DNA of 63,842 nt, the filler included, from Coriobacteriales bacterium (GTDB lineage: Bacteria; Actinomycetota; Coriobacteriia; Coriobacteriales; UBA8131): NCBI GenBank assembly GCA_031263105.1. It is 8 parts of 8 records of this genome, joined end to end, with 100 filler letters (N's around TTAATTAATTAA, not from the genome) between each part and the next. Parts side by side here need not be neighbours in the genome. Positions count along the whole stretch, not along the records: positions 46,110 to 60,240 come from JAISGJ010000125.1; positions 60,341 to 63,842 come from JAISGJ010000249.1; 6 more parts are not named here. One strand, written 5' to 3'. The translations under genes and the position numbers were made by a program. The notes under the pieces were generated by a model, which worked only from the letters and a program-made list of their open reading frames with translations, was not told the origin of the DNA and did no database searches. The number at the start of each line of letters is the position of its first letter. The first letter of the stretch is position 1. Positions 51,478 through 62,519 of the stretch are shown here, piece after piece.

Positions 51478-52308
51478 ATGGGCATCAAACAATACAAACC
51501 GACTTCACCGGGGCGACGCTTCCAATCGGTCTCGGACTTCAAGGAGGTCACGCGCTCGCGACCCGAGAAGTCCCTCACGACGCCCTTGCCTGCCAAGGCC
51601 GGCCGCAACAACAATGGCCGCATCACCACACGCCACCAGGGCGGCGGGCACAAGAGGCGCTACCGCGTCATCGATTTCAAGCGCAGGAAGGACGGCGTCC
51701 CCGCCAAGGTCGCGACCATAGAGTACGACCCCAACCGCTCGGCCCGCATCGCGCTCCTGCACTACGCCGACGGCGCCAAGACCTACATCCTGCAGCCCAA
51801 GGGCCTCAAGGTGGGCGACACGGTGACGAGCGGCCCCGGGTCCGACATCAAGCCCGGCTGTGCGCTTGCCCTGAAGGACATCCCCGTCGGCACGACCATC
51901 CATGCCGTCGAGCTCCAGCCCGGCAAGGGCGCCGCACTCGCCCGCAGCGCCGGGACCTCCATCCAGCTCATGGGCAAGGAAGGCGGGTACGCCGTCCTCC
52001 GTATGCCTTCGAGCGAGATGCGCCGCGTGCTCATCACCTGCCGCGCGACCATCGGCGAGGTCGGCAACGCCGAGCACGGCAACATCAAGATCGGCAAGGC
52101 GGGCCGCAAGCGCTGGCTCGGCGTCCGCCCGACCGTCCGAGGCACCGTCATGAACCCTGTGGACCATCCGCACGGGGGCGGCGAGGGCAAGAACAAGAGC
52201 GCGGGACGCCATCCGGTGACCCCGTGGGGCATCCCCACCAAGGGGCACCGCACCCGCAACAAGAAAAAGGCGTCGAGCAGGCTCATCATCCGTAGGCGCA
52301 AGAAGTGA
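51478..52308 (+). CDS. rplB: 50S protein L2
   Basis: [19 protein letters not shown]. Confidence 0.99.
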   Translation: MGIKQYKPTSPGRRFQSVSDFKEVTRSRPEKSLTTPLPAKAGRNNNGRITTRHQGGGHKRRYRVIDFKRRKDGVPAKVATIEYDPNRSARIALLHYADGAKTYILQPKGLKVGDTVTSGPGSDIKPGCALALKDIPVGTTIHAVELQPGKGAALARSAGTSIQLMGKEGGYAVLRMPSSEMRRVLITCRATIGEVGNAEHGNIKIGKAGRKRWLGVRPTVRGTVMNPVDHPHGGGEGKNKSAGRHPVTPWGIPTKGHRTRNKKKASSRLIIRRRKK

Positions 52309-52392
52309 CCCCCGCTGCCAGGCATGACAGCCAGACCCGTCCCGAAGCACGCGCAAAGGACCGTCGTAGCTGCTTTACCGAAGGAGACCGTT

Positions 52393-52668
52393 GTGAGTAG
52401 AAGTCTTAAGAAGGGCCCATTCGTCGAGCCGCGCCTGCTCGGGCGCATCAACGCGATGAACGAGGCGGGGGAGAAAAGCGTCGTCAAGACCTGGTCGCGC
52501 GCCTCCACCATCTTTCCTGAGATGGTCGGCCACACCATCGCTGTCCACGACGGTCGTAAGCATGTGCCGGTGTATGTCACCGAATCGATGGTCGGTCACA
52601 AGCTCGGCGAGTTCGCCGTCACCCGGACCTTCCGCGGGCACGCGGGCGACAAGAAAGGCAAGAGGTAA
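52393..52668 (+). CDS. rpsS: 30S protein S19
   Basis: [15 protein letters not shown]. Confidence 0.98.
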   Translation: MSRSLKKGPFVEPRLLGRINAMNEAGEKSVVKTWSRASTIFPEMVGHTIAVHDGRKHVPVYVTESMVGHKLGEFAVTRTFRGHAGDKKGKR

Positions 52669-53006
52669 TGGAAGCTAGAGCACAGGCCCGCTATGTGAGG
52701 GTATCTCCTCGCAAGGCACGTATGGTCATCGATCTCATTCGCGGCAAGGACGTGTTGCGCGCCCGCGAGATACTCCAGTTCAGCGAGCGCAACGTTTCGG
52801 AGGTCGTCGAGAAATGCCTCAACAGCGCCGTGGCGAACGCCGCGCGTGACGGGGTGAAGCCCGAGGGGCTTTTCGTCAAGACCACCTACGCGGACGACGG
52901 TCCGACCCTCAAGCGCTTCCGTCCGCGCGCGAAAGGCTCCGCATCGCGGATTCGCAAGCGTAGCTGCCATATCACTGTCATCGTCGCAACGCGAGAGGAG
53001 GCGTAA
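52668..53006 (+). CDS. rplV: 50S protein L22
   Basis: SPRKAR, RPRAKG. Confidence 0.98.
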   Translation: MEARAQARYVRVSPRKARMVIDLIRGKDVLRAREILQFSERNVSEVVEKCLNSAVANAARDGVKPEGLFVKTTYADDGPTLKRFRPRAKGSASRIRKRSCHITVIVATREEA

Positions 53007-53009
53007 CGT

Positions 53010-53717
53010 ATGGGTCAGAAAGTTTATCCCACCGGGTTTCGCCTGGGAATAACCGAGGAATGGCGCAGCCGCTGGTATGCCAACAAGGACTATGCCAGCA
53101 CCCTGAAAAACGATCTCGCGCTGCGCGCTCATCTTGACAAGCGCCTCGCCCGTGCCGCCGTCTCCAAGGTGGAGATCGAGCGGGCCGGCGACAAGATCAA
53201 GGTCGTCATCACCACGGCCCGTCCCGGCATCGTCATCGGCAAGAAAGGCGCCGAAATCGACGAGCTGCGCAAGGACCTGGAGAAGATCGCCAACGGCCAC
53301 GTCAACGTCGAGGTCATCGAGATCAAACGCCCGGAGCTCGACGCGGTGCTCATAGCCCAGTCGGTCGCCGAGCAGCTTGAAGGCCGTGTCGCCTTCCGCC
53401 GTGCCATGCGCAAGGCCGTGCAGAACGCTCGTAAGAGCGGCGCGAAGGGCATCCGCATCCAGTGCGCCGGCAGGCTCGGCGGCGCTGAGATGAGCAGGCG
53501 CGAGTGGTACCGCGAAGGCCGTGTGCCGCTGCACACACTCCGCGCCAAAATTGACTATGGCTTTTCCACCGCGGCCACGACGATGGGTGCCATCGGCGTG
53601 AAGGTCTGGGTCTATCACGGGGAGAAACTTCCCGGTCAGGCCACACCGGCCCCCGCACTTGAAGGATCGTCCCGCCCGCAGCGCCCCAGGCGTGAACGCG
53701 GCGAAGGGAGGAAGTGA
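53010..53717 (+). CDS. rpsC: 30S protein S3
   Basis: MGQKV.P.GFRLG, PLHTLRA. Confidence 0.99.
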   Translation: MGQKVYPTGFRLGITEEWRSRWYANKDYASTLKNDLALRAHLDKRLARAAVSKVEIERAGDKIKVVITTARPGIVIGKKGAEIDELRKDLEKIANGHVNVEVIEIKRPELDAVLIAQSVAEQLEGRVAFRRAMRKAVQNARKSGAKGIRIQCAGRLGGAEMSRREWYREGRVPLHTLRAKIDYGFSTAATTMGAIGVKVWVYHGEKLPGQATPAPALEGSSRPQRPRRERGEGRK

Positions 53718-53719
53718 GC

Positions 53720-54145
53720 ATGCTTATCCCCAAACGCGTGAGGCACCGCAAGGTGCAGCGCGGATCGATGAAGGGCAAGGCGAAGGGTGGAACGGCGCTG
53801 AACTTTGGCAGCTACGGCATCCAGGCCCTTGAGTCCCATTGGATCACGAACCGCCAGATTGAGGCAGCCCGTGTCGCCATGACCCGCCACATGAAGCGTG
53901 GTGGCCGGGTGTGGATCACGATCTTCCCGGACAAGCCCATCACCAAGAAACCGGCCGAGACCCGCATGGGTTCCGGCAAGGGAAATCCCGAGGAATGGGT
54001 AGCCGTTGTCAAGCCCGGCCGCATCATGTTCGAGATCGCCGATGTCGACCATGAGGTCGCCGTCGAGGCGCTGCGGCTCGCCATCCAGAAGCTGCCCATC
54101 AAATGTAGGATAGTCTCCCATGAAACTGAAGGGGAGGAATCATGA
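53720..54145 (+). CDS. rplP: 50S protein L16
   Basis: RMGSGKG. Confidence 0.98.
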   Translation: MLIPKRVRHRKVQRGSMKGKAKGGTALNFGSYGIQALESHWITNRQIEAARVAMTRHMKRGGRVWITIFPDKPITKKPAETRMGSGKGNPEEWVAVVKPGRIMFEIADVDHEVAVEALRLAIQKLPIKCRIVSHETEGEES

Positions 54146-54354
54146 AAGCTAAAGAGATACGTGAGCTGAGCAATGACGATCTGGCACAGAAGCTGAAGGA
54201 TGGACGCGCCGAGCTGTTCAACCTGCGCTTCCAGATGGCGACGAGCCAGTTGGATAACACCGCTCGCATCAAGATCGTAAAGAAGGACATCGCGCGCATC
54301 CTGACTGAGATACGCGTGCGTCAGGACAACATCGTCATCGATGTCGCAAGTTGA
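54142..54354 (+). CDS. rpmC: 50S protein L29
   Basis: [14 protein letters not shown]. Confidence 0.97.
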   Translation: MKAKEIRELSNDDLAQKLKDGRAELFNLRFQMATSQLDNTARIKIVKKDIARILTEIRVRQDNIVIDVAS

Positions 54355-54371
54355 GAGGATGAGTCGAGCAA

Positions 54372-54632
54372 ATGACTGAAGAACGCAACCAGAGGAAGGT
54401 ACGTCAGGGCGTGGTGGTATCCTCCGTCGCTGACAAGACCTGCGTGGTCGAGGTCAAGGAGCGCAAGCCGCATCCCATCTATGGCAAGATGATGACCCGT
54501 ACCAAGAAGTTCCACGCCCATGACGAGGCGAACAGCGCCGGCCTGGGTGATACCGTGACGATCATGGAGACTCGTCCCCAATCGAAACTCAAGCGCTGGC
54601 GTCTTCTCGATATCATCGAGAAGGCAAAGTAG
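54372..54632 (+). CDS. rpsQ: 30S protein S17
   Basis: HPIYGK, ETRP.SK.KRW. Confidence 0.98.
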   Translation: MTEERNQRKVRQGVVVSSVADKTCVVEVKERKPHPIYGKMMTRTKKFHAHDEANSAGLGDTVTIMETRPQSKLKRWRLLDIIEKAK

Positions 54633-54651
54633 TGAAGGGAGCATCAGAGCA

Positions 54652-55020
54652 ATGATCCAAGCAGAAACCATGCTGCAGGTCGCCGATAACTCCGGTGCGC
54701 GTAAGGTCCAGTGCATCAAGGTTCTCGGTGGCTCGAAGCGCCGCTATGCCGGCCTCGGCGACGTGATCGTCTGTGCCGTCAAGGAAGCCACGCCCAATGG
54801 CAACGTCAAGAAGGGCGAGGTCGTCCGTTGCGTCATCGTGCGCGTGAAGAAGGAAGTCCGGCGCAAGGATGGCAGCTATATCAAGTTTGACCAGAACGCC
54901 GCCGTTGTCATCGACAACAATGGCGCTCCACGGGGCACCCGTATCTTTGGTCCGGTCGCCCGCGAGCTGCGTGACAAGCGTTATATGAAGATCGTTTCGC
55001 TGGCTCCCGAGACGCTGTAG
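54652..55020 (+). CDS. rplN: 50S protein L14
   Basis: [18 protein letters not shown]. Confidence 0.99.
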   Translation: MIQAETMLQVADNSGARKVQCIKVLGGSKRRYAGLGDVIVCAVKEATPNGNVKKGEVVRCVIVRVKKEVRRKDGSYIKFDQNAAVVIDNNGAPRGTRIFGPVARELRDKRYMKIVSLAPETL

Positions 55021-55048
55021 CCTGAGCTGAACGAGCCGGAAGGAAGAG

Positions 55049-55372
55049 TTGGCAATGACGAAAATGAAAATCCATAAGGGCGACACCGTCAAGGTGATAA
55101 GCGGCAAGGACATCGGCGTCACGAGCGTCGTCATGCGCGCGCTGCCCGAGTCGCAGAAGGTCGTCGTGGAGAAGGTCGGTGTCGTCAAGAAGGCGCAGCG
55201 TCCCACCCGCGACAACCCGTCCGGCGGCATCATAAGCATTGAGAAGCCCATCCATGTCTCGACCGTCATGCTCGTCTGCTCCAAATGCGGCGAGCCGACC
55301 CGGGTGGGCATCAAGGTCGAGAATGGTAAGAAACAGCGGATGTGCAAGAAATGCGGCAAGGCGATCGATTAA
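55049..55372 (+). CDS. rplX: 50S protein L24 (two CxxC motifs; start may be 55055)
   Basis: GDTVKVISGKD, PIHVS. Confidence 0.97.
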   Translation: MAMTKMKIHKGDTVKVISGKDIGVTSVVMRALPESQKVVVEKVGVVKKAQRPTRDNPSGGIISIEKPIHVSTVMLVCSKCGEPTRVGIKVENGKKQRMCKKCGKAID

Positions 55373-55498
55373 GACGGCCGCCCCGCCGCCGGGGCCGCTC
55401 GGAGGGCATGCGCGTGACAGGACGCGCGCCGGTCTGCTCCGGAAGCCCACGTGCCCGCGGTATCTCGGCTTAACGAGAAGGTTGTGAAAGGAACTAAC

Positions 55499-56047
55499 GT
55501 GACAGCGAGACTCAAAGAGAAGTACAGGACGGAGATAGTCCCGGCGCTGGAGAAGCAGCTGGGAGTCGAGAACGTCAATCAGATTCCGACGCTCGAGAAG
55601 ATCGTCGTCAATATGGGTGTTGGCTCCGCGGTCGCGGACAACAAGCAGCTCGACGCGGCGATTGCCGATTTACGCGCCATCACGGGCCAGCAGCCCCGGA
55701 TATGCCGTGCCAAGAAGTCTATCGCGAGCTTCAAGCTGCGTACGGGCATGGCCATCGGCGCCAAGGTGACGCTGCGGGGCGAGCGTATGTGGGAGTTCCT
55801 TGACCGTCTGCTTTCGACGGCCATCCCGCGCGTGCGCGACTTCCGTGGCATCCCCGTCACGAGCTTCGATGGTCGCGGCAACTACTCGCTCGGCATTACG
55901 GAGCAGTTGATCTTCACCGAGATCGACTATGACAAGGTGGATCGTGTCCGCGGCATGGACGTCACCTTTGTCACAACGGCAACCAATGATGAGGATGCCC
56001 GTGCGCTGTTTGACGCGCTGGGTTTCCCGTTCAAAAGGAATCAGTGA
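55499..56047 (+). CDS. rplE: 50S protein L5
   Basis: [15 protein letters not shown]. Confidence 0.98.
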   Translation: MTARLKEKYRTEIVPALEKQLGVENVNQIPTLEKIVVNMGVGSAVADNKQLDAAIADLRAITGQQPRICRAKKSIASFKLRTGMAIGAKVTLRGERMWEFLDRLLSTAIPRVRDFRGIPVTSFDGRGNYSLGITEQLIFTEIDYDKVDRVRGMDVTFVTTATNDEDARALFDALGFPFKRNQ

Positions 56048-56105
56048 GCAGGAAGGACGGACGGCACGGCTCTGAGAGCGTAACCGTTCCAGGATTGGAG
56101 ACTAC

Positions 56106-56291
56106 GTGGCAAAGAAATCGATGATCGCCAAGGCGAAGCGGGATCCTAAGTTTTCGACCCGCCAGCACAACCGCTGCACCCGCTGCGGACGTCCGCGCGC
56201 GTTCTACCGCCAGTTCGGGCTGTGCCGGATCTGTCTGCGGGAGCTTGCGAGCAGAGGCGAACTGCCGGGTATCCGTAAGGCGAGCTGGTAG
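56106..56291 (+). CDS. rpsN: 30S protein S14, Zn-binding type
   Basis: CTRCGR..CRIC, 61 aa. Confidence 0.98.
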   Translation: MAKKSMIAKAKRDPKFSTRQHNRCTRCGRPRAFYRQFGLCRICLRELASRGELPGIRKASW

Positions 56292-56394
56292 GCTCGCAGA
56301 CAAACCCGGACAACCCGGCCCAGGCGCCGTGGCCACAAGCGATGGCGACAGCGCAAAAGTCGGGATTCATCTGAAGGAACCATAGGAGGTTATC

Positions 56395-56793
56395 ATGTCG
56401 ATGACAGACCCCATAGCGGATATGCTGACAAGGGTGCGCAACGCGAACTCTGCCGGCAAGAGCTCGGTGTCCATACCGACAAGCAAGAAACTCGTCGAGA
56501 TTGCCCGTATCCTCAAGGAGGAGGGTTTTATAATCGATTACGAGGTGGTGGAAGCCCAGCCGGTCGGCGAGCTCATCGTCACCCTGAAATACGGTCCCAA
56601 GAAGCAAAAGACCATTCGTGGCCTCAAGCGCATCTCCAAGCCGGGCCTGCGGGTCTATGCTGGCAAGGATGAGCTGCCGCGTGTGCTCGGTGGGCTGGGA
56701 ACCGCTGTCATATCCACCTCCAGAGGGGTGATGACCGACCGTGACGCGCGCCAGGCGGGCGTCGGCGGTGAAGTCATCGCTTATATCTGGTAG
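56395..56793 (+). CDS. rpsH: 30S protein S8
   Basis: [15 protein letters not shown]. Confidence 0.99.
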   Translation: MSMTDPIADMLTRVRNANSAGKSSVSIPTSKKLVEIARILKEEGFIIDYEVVEAQPVGELIVTLKYGPKKQKTIRGLKRISKPGLRVYAGKDELPRVLGGLGTAVISTSRGVMTDRDARQAGVGGEVIAYIW

Positions 56794-56812
56794 ACGGGAA
56801 GGAGTACCGATC

Positions 56813-57352
56813 ATGTCCCGTATCGGAAAACAGCCCATCGCGATACCCGCCGGGGTCGAAGTGACGGTCGATGGGTCGATCGTCAGGGTCAAAGGCCCCA
56901 AAGGCGCTCTTGAGCAGGCCGTCTCGGAATACGTCACGGTCAGGCAGGAGGAGGGCAGCGTACTCGTCGAGCGCATCGACGACACGCGTCAGGCGCGCTC
57001 CTACCACGGTTTGTACCGTACGCTCATCAGCAATATGGTCGTCGGGGTAAGCGAGGGTTTCTCAAAGAACCTTGAGATCGTCGGCGTTGGCTATCGCGCC
57101 GCCCTTAAAGGCAACGACCTTGAGATGCAGCTCGGTTATTCGCATCCGGTGTCCGTCAAGGCTGAACCGGGTATCTCCTTCGAGGTGCCGCAGCCCACGC
57201 AGATACGGGTCATCGGCATTGATAAGCAGAGGGTCGGCCAGGTGGCCGCCGACATCCGCCGCTGGCGCAAGCCGGAGCCCTACAAGGGCAAGGGCATCCG
57301 CTACGAAGGCGAGCGCGTCCGCCGGAAGCTCGGCAAAGCGGCCGGTAACTGA
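56813..57352 (+). CDS. rplF: 50S protein L6
   Basis: [14 protein letters not shown]. Confidence 0.99.
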   Translation: MSRIGKQPIAIPAGVEVTVDGSIVRVKGPKGALEQAVSEYVTVRQEEGSVLVERIDDTRQARSYHGLYRTLISNMVVGVSEGFSKNLEIVGVGYRAALKGNDLEMQLGYSHPVSVKAEPGISFEVPQPTQIRVIGIDKQRVGQVAADIRRWRKPEPYKGKGIRYEGERVRRKLGKAAGN

Positions 57353-57427
57353 TAGAGCCCGTGTCGGCGCTTGTTCTGTCGTTTGGCAGGACCGAGGCGC
57401 CGTCCAGAGAACAGGGAGTTTTGTAAG

Positions 57428-57796
57428 ATGGACAAACAGAAGGCAAAGGCAGCAGGCCTCAAGCGTCGTCAGACCCGCATACGTGGCAAGATCAGCGGCA
57501 CCGCCGAGGTTCCGCGTCTGCGCGTGACGCGCTCCAATGGCAATATCTATGCCCAGGTCATCGACGATGTGGCGCGCAAGACCCTTGCCGCCGCGTCCTC
57601 GCTCGACCCGGAGTTCAAGAAGCAGGACACAAGCGGCGCGACCGTCGCGGGTGCCCAGGTCGTGGGTGAGCTTGTCGCAAGGCGCGCCCTCGACGCGAAG
57701 ATCGAGACCGTCGTGTTCGACCGCGGCGGATATATCTACCATGGCAGGGTCAAAGCCCTGGCGGACGGCGCCCGTGGAGTCGGGCTCAGGTTTTAG
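57428..57796 (+). CDS. rplR: 50S protein L18
   Basis: [12 protein letters not shown]. Confidence 0.98.
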   Translation: MDKQKAKAAGLKRRQTRIRGKISGTAEVPRLRVTRSNGNIYAQVIDDVARKTLAAASSLDPEFKKQDTSGATVAGAQVVGELVARRALDAKIETVVFDRGGYIYHGRVKALADGARGVGLRF

Positions 57797-57812
57797 GAAG
57801 GCTGGTCAGTAG

Positions 57813-58331
57813 ATGGCAAGAGTAAAGGCACCCGTAGCTGAACTGCAGGAGAAGGTCGTCTATATCAACCGTGTCTCCAAGGTTGTCAAAGGCGGTCGTC
57901 GCTTCGCGTTGACCGCGTTGGTGGTCGTCGGTGACGGTGAGGGAAGAGTCGGCGTTGGCATGGGCAAGAGCTCCGAGGTTCCCATAGCCATCAAGAAGGG
58001 TGTCGAGGACGCGAAGAAGAACCTCTTTACCGTTCCGCTGACTGAGGAGGGGACCTTGCCCCACGAGGTGCTTGGGACCTATGGTGCTGGCAGAGTGCTC
58101 CTCAAGCCGGCGACTCCCGGTACCGGCGTCATCGCCGGTGGGCCGGTGCGCGCCCTTCTTGAGCTCGCGGGTGTAAAGAATGTGCTCTCAAAGTCCTTGG
58201 GTACCAACAATGCTATGAACATCGTGAAAGCGGCCGCCGAGGGACTCAAGGAACTTTCCAGTCCGAGCGAGGTCGCGCGGCGTCGCGGCACAACCGTAGC
58301 AAAGCTCTACGGTTGGAAGGAGAAGAAGTAG
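57813..58331 (+). CDS. rpsE: 30S protein S5
   Basis: [17 protein letters not shown]. Confidence 0.99.
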   Translation: MARVKAPVAELQEKVVYINRVSKVVKGGRRFALTALVVVGDGEGRVGVGMGKSSEVPIAIKKGVEDAKKNLFTVPLTEEGTLPHEVLGTYGAGRVLLKPATPGTGVIAGGPVRALLELAGVKNVLSKSLGTNNAMNIVKAAAEGLKELSSPSEVARRRGTTVAKLYGWKEKK

Positions 58332-58334
58332 GAC

Positions 58335-58535
58335 ATGGCAGACAGTAAAGACAGCAAAAAGACCCTCAGGGTGACGCAGATAAAGTCAACCATCGCGTGC
58401 CCCGCCGATCAGGGCGCGACCATCAGGGCGCTGGGGCTCGGCAAGATAAACCGTTCGGTTGAACAGGTCGACAATCCCGCCGTACGTGGTATGATTTTCA
58501 AGGTCAAACATCTGGTAAAGGTGGAGGAGATTTAA
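58335..58535 (+). CDS. rpmD: 50S protein L30
   Basis: ALGLGKI, RGMI.KV.HLV. Confidence 0.96.
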   Translation: MADSKDSKKTLRVTQIKSTIACPADQGATIRALGLGKINRSVEQVDNPAVRGMIFKVKHLVKVEEI

Positions 58536-58985
58536 ATGCAGCTACACGATCTGGCTCCGGCCCCCGGGTCCACCAAAACCCGCAAGCGTAAGGGGCGCGG
58601 CCACGGCTCCGGCCTCGGCAAGACCGCCGGCCGTGGTTACAACGGGCAGAAGTCCCGCGCGGGCGGCGCCAAGAGCAATGGTTTTGAAGGCGGGCAGACC
58701 CCGCTTGCCCGTCGTCTCCCCAAACTGCCGGGGTTCAAGAACATCAACCACATCGCGTACGCGCCCATCAACGTCAATCGTCTTGAGGCGCTCTACAGCG
58801 ATGGCGAGGTCGTTGATGGTGCGTCGCTCGTCGCGAAGGGCGTCATCAAACGAGCCGATGAGCTGGTCAAAGTCCTCGGCACCGGGGAGCTTACGAAAAA
58901 GCTCATCGTGAAGGTCGATAAGGTATCCGGTAGCGCGGCCGCCAAGATCGAGGCCGCCGGGGGGAAGGTAGAGCCACCTTGCTGA
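58536..58985 (+). CDS. rplO: 50S protein L15
   Basis: GFEGGQTPL..RLPK. Confidence 0.98.
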   Translation: MQLHDLAPAPGSTKTRKRKGRGHGSGLGKTAGRGYNGQKSRAGGAKSNGFEGGQTPLARRLPKLPGFKNINHIAYAPINVNRLEALYSDGEVVDGASLVAKGVIKRADELVKVLGTGELTKKLIVKVDKVSGSAAAKIEAAGGKVEPPC

Positions 58986-60240
58986 GCGCAATTATCAATG
59001 CGTTTCGTGTCCCTGATCTTCGCAAGAAGATATTCTTTACTCTGGCAATCATAGCGCTCTATCGGCTCGGCTCCTTTGTGACCGTGCCCGGCGTCAACGC
59101 CAGTGAGCTCGCGCAGGCGTTCAATGATCCCAACAGTACGGGATCTGCCCTGCTGTTCCTCAACCTGTTCTCAGGCAACGCGCTCGCGCAGTTCTCTGTG
59201 CTCTCCCTGGGGATCATGCCCTACATCACGTCGTCCATCATCATGCAGCTCATGCAGGGGGTCATACCCTCGCTTCAGCGCTGGGCACGTGAGGGCGAGT
59301 CCGGCCAGAAGAGGATTACGCAGATCACGCGCTACGTGACCCTCGGCCTTGGTGTGATTAACGCGATAGGCTATCTGATGCTGTTCAAGTACCAGTATCA
59401 GGTACATCTGTCGACCGCGCTGCCCGATCTGCTCACGAGTGCCGTCATTGTGTTTACGCTGGTGGCCGGCGTCGCCCTCATCATGTGGATGGGCGAGCTC
59501 ATCACGCAACGCGGTATCGGCAACGGCATGTCGCTCATCATCTTTGCGAACATCGTTGCGGGTTTCCCGGCCGCCATCTTCAATTCCGCCATCAGCCAGG
59601 GCGCCCCGTTCACGGTAATGGTGATTATCGTCGTGCTGCTCGTCATTCCCGGCATCGTCCTCATCGAGCGGGCTCAGCGGCGCATCCCCATCAACTACGC
59701 CAAGCGCATACAAGGGCGCCGCGTCATGGGTGGCACCTCCACCTATATTCCGCTCAAGGTCAACGGTGCTGGCGTCATACCCATCATCTTCGCGAGCGCG
59801 CTTCTGTATTTCCCGGCACAGCTCGCGGCCTTCTTCCAGGTTCAATGGCTCCAGGACCTATCCAACGTGCTCGCGAGTGGCCACCCGGTTAACTGGGTGC
59901 TCAATGCCGTGCTCATCGTGTTCTTTGGCTTCTTCTATACCTCGATGGTGTTCAACCCCGAGGACACGGCCAACAACCTGCGCAAGCAGGGAGGGTTTAT
60001 CCCCGGGGTGCGCCCCGGCGTCAACACGGTTCAGTACATCAAGAACGTACTCAACCGCATCACATTGCCGGGCGGTATCTATATCGCCCTGATCGCCGTT
60101 ATCCCGAGCATCCTGTTCTCACTGTCCAACAACGCACTTATCACCGCCTTTGGCGGTACCTCCATCCTCATCATGGTTGGCGTCGCGCTTGATACGATGA
60201 GCAAGCTGGAAAGCCAGTTGAAGATGCATCACTACGAGGG
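58979..60240 (+). CDS. secY: Preprotein translocase SecY (3' end cut by contig end)
   Basis: LGIMPYITSSII, GIGNGMS, IPGVRPG. Confidence 0.98.
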
Positions 60241-60340
60241 NNNNNNNNNNNNNNNNNNNNNNNNNNNNNNNNNNNNNNNNNNNNTTAATTAATTAANNNN
60301 NNNNNNNNNNNNNNNNNNNNNNNNNNNNNNNNNNNNNNNN

Positions 60341-60450
60341 GGGCGCTCGCAGGGCGCTCGCAGGGCGCTCGCAGGGCGCTCGCAGGGCGCTCGCAGGGCG
60401 CTCGCAGGGCGCTCGCAGGGCGCTCGCAGGGCGCTCGCAGGGCGCTCGCA
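60341..60450. repeat. Perfect 11-bp tandem repeat (GGGCGCTCGCA)x10 at contig start
   Basis: Read directly; array may extend into the gap. Confidence 0.95.
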
Positions 60451-60483
60451 GGACGCTCCCCGACCGCACGCTTGGCGGGGCGC

Positions 60484-60512
60484 TTGCAGACATTCCTCGA
60501 AAAGTCTATAAT
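60484..60512 (+). promoter_or_regulatory. Sigma70-type promoter of cysK
   Basis: TTGCAG-17bp-TATAAT. Confidence 0.65.
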
Positions 60513-60561
60513 CACTACTAATCTTATAATTTTAGTACTATTTACATGAAAGGAGCCCGAT

Positions 60562-61491
60562 ATGCCCGTCTACAGGAACATCAGCGAACTCGTGGGCAAG
60601 ACCCCCCTTGTCGAGTTGGGCGGCTACAACGCCGAGAACGGACTCGGCGCCACCGTCATCGCCAAGCTCGAGTCGTTCAACCCCGCCGGCAGCGTGAAGG
60701 ACCGCATCGCGCTGGCGATGATCGACGAGGCCGAGAAGTCCCACAAGATCGACAAGGACACCGTGCTCATCGAGCCGACGAGCGGCAACACGGGCATCGG
60801 CCTGGCGGCGATCGCCGCAGCGCGCGGGTACCGCCTCATCCTCACCATGCCCGACACCATGTCCATCGAGCGTCGCAACCTGCTTGCCGCCTACGGCGCC
60901 GAGCTCGTGCTGACCGACGGCGCCAAAGGCATGAAGGGCGCCATCGCGCGTGCGGCCGAGCTTGCCGAGGAGACGCCCAACAGCTTCATCCCCGGGCAGT
61001 TCGTCAACCCCGCCAATCCCGCCGTCCACAAGGCGACCACCGGCCCCGAGATATGGGAGGGCACGGGCGGCGACGTGGACATCCTCGTCAGCGGCATCGG
61101 CACCGGCGGGACCATCACCGGCGCAGGCGAGTACCTCAAGGGCAAGAAGGCTAGCGTGTACGTGGTCGCCGTCGAGCCTGCCGCCTCGCCCGTCCTCTCC
61201 AAGGGGACGCCCGGCCCCCACAAGATACAGGGCATCGGTGCCGGCTTCGTGCCGGACGTGCTGAACACCTCCGTCTATGACGAGATAATCGCCGTGGAGA
61301 ACGAGGACGCCTTCGCGACGGGGCGCGCCGTCGCCACGACCGACGGCATCCTGGTGGGCATCTCTTCAGGCGCCGCGCTCTGGGCGGCGACCCAGCTTGC
61401 GAAGCGCCCCGAGAACGCCGGGAAGAAGATAGTCGCCATCCTGCCCGACACCGGCGAGCGCTACCTCTCGACCGCCCTGTTCTCCGGGTAG
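60562..61491 (+). CDS. cysK: Cysteine synthase A
   Basis: [29 protein letters not shown]. Confidence 0.98.
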   Translation: MPVYRNISELVGKTPLVELGGYNAENGLGATVIAKLESFNPAGSVKDRIALAMIDEAEKSHKIDKDTVLIEPTSGNTGIGLAAIAAARGYRLILTMPDTMSIERRNLLAAYGAELVLTDGAKGMKGAIARAAELAEETPNSFIPGQFVNPANPAVHKATTGPEIWEGTGGDVDILVSGIGTGGTITGAGEYLKGKKASVYVVAVEPAASPVLSKGTPGPHKIQGIGAGFVPDVLNTSVYDEIIAVENEDAFATGRAVATTDGILVGISSGAALWAATQLAKRPENAGKKIVAILPDTGERYLSTALFSG

Positions 61492-61604
61492 GGCGCAGGG
61501 AGACGGGACGGGCCTCCGGCGGAATGAGGGAATGGGGGACGGGCCAGTCGTAGACAGGAACGAGCGTGGCAGAAGGACAGCCCGTCCTCGTCCCCCTGCT
61601 CGGT

Positions 61605-62516
61605 TTAGGACGACGCGCGGACGCTGAGGCCGGCCTTGACCATCTCGGGGTGCAGCGAGAACAGGAGCATCATCTCGGCGCCCATGCCGAAGCCGCAGTC
61701 CTCGCAGACGTCGGCCGCCTCGCCCGGGCAGGCAGGCAGGCGCGTGCCGTCGACCATGATGAAGTTCGATATCCAGCACTGCCTCTTGTGGATGAAGCGC
61801 TGGGGGTCGCGCAGGAGGTCGAGCCCCGCGAGCGAGTTCATGAGCGGGTACCCGTCCTTCTTCAGCTCGATGGCCCTGTCGATGACGGCGTTGCGCACAT
61901 CGGGCGGCACCAAGAGGTCGCGCGAGTCGTAGGGCACGTAGAAGGAGAACGACATCCTCCTCAGGTGCGGATGCTCCTTCACCAGCCGTGCCACGCCCTC
62001 GAGGTCGTGGTGGTTGCGGTTGGTCACCACCATGTTGACGTTGAGGTTGGGGTGCGCGCTCTGGTCGATATGCTGCATCGCCCGCGCGAAGCTGCCGCTG
62101 CCGCGCTGGTCGTCGTGTGCCGCCTCCAGCCCGTCGAGGCTGACCCAGATGAGGTCGGAGCGTGCCGTGATGGGCATCCAGGCGTTCGTGGTGACCGTCG
62201 TCGAGTGGAAGCCCATCTCGCGGGCGCAGGCAATGAGCGCATCGATGTCCGCGTCCGCGCCCTTGTCGCGCCACAGGTGCGGCTCGCCGCCCTCGAAGTC
62301 GACGAAGCGGCTGCCTGCGTCGTAGCAGTACTGCAACTCGTCGCGCACCTCGGCAAACGACTTGCTTCTCGCGTCGGGGCCCTCCTTGACGACGTTGCAA
62401 TGGCGGCAGTGCAGGTTGCACCTGTCCGTGATGAATATGACCGACTGCAACGGCTTGCGCCTGCCGAGGACCTTGCACTGGAAGAACCACCAGGGATAAT
62501 AGAGCATCCCCTTCAC
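61605..62516 (-). CDS. Radical SAM protein
   Basis: CNLHCRHC, GGEP, SLDG, C-terminal C..C..CxxC. Confidence 0.9.
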   Translation of the reverse strand: MKGMLYYPWWFFQCKVLGRRKPLQSVIFITDRCNLHCRHCNVVKEGPDARSKSFAEVRDELQYCYDAGSRFVDFEGGEPHLWRDKGADADIDALIACAREMGFHSTTVTTNAWMPITARSDLIWVSLDGLEAAHDDQRGSGSFARAMQHIDQSAHPNLNVNMVVTNRNHHDLEGVARLVKEHPHLRRMSFSFYVPYDSRDLLVPPDVRNAVIDRAIELKKDGYPLMNSLAGLDLLRDPQRFIHKRQCWISNFIMVDGTRLPACPGEAADVCEDCGFGMGAEMMLLFSLHPEMVKAGLSVRASS

Positions 62517-62519
62517 CGG

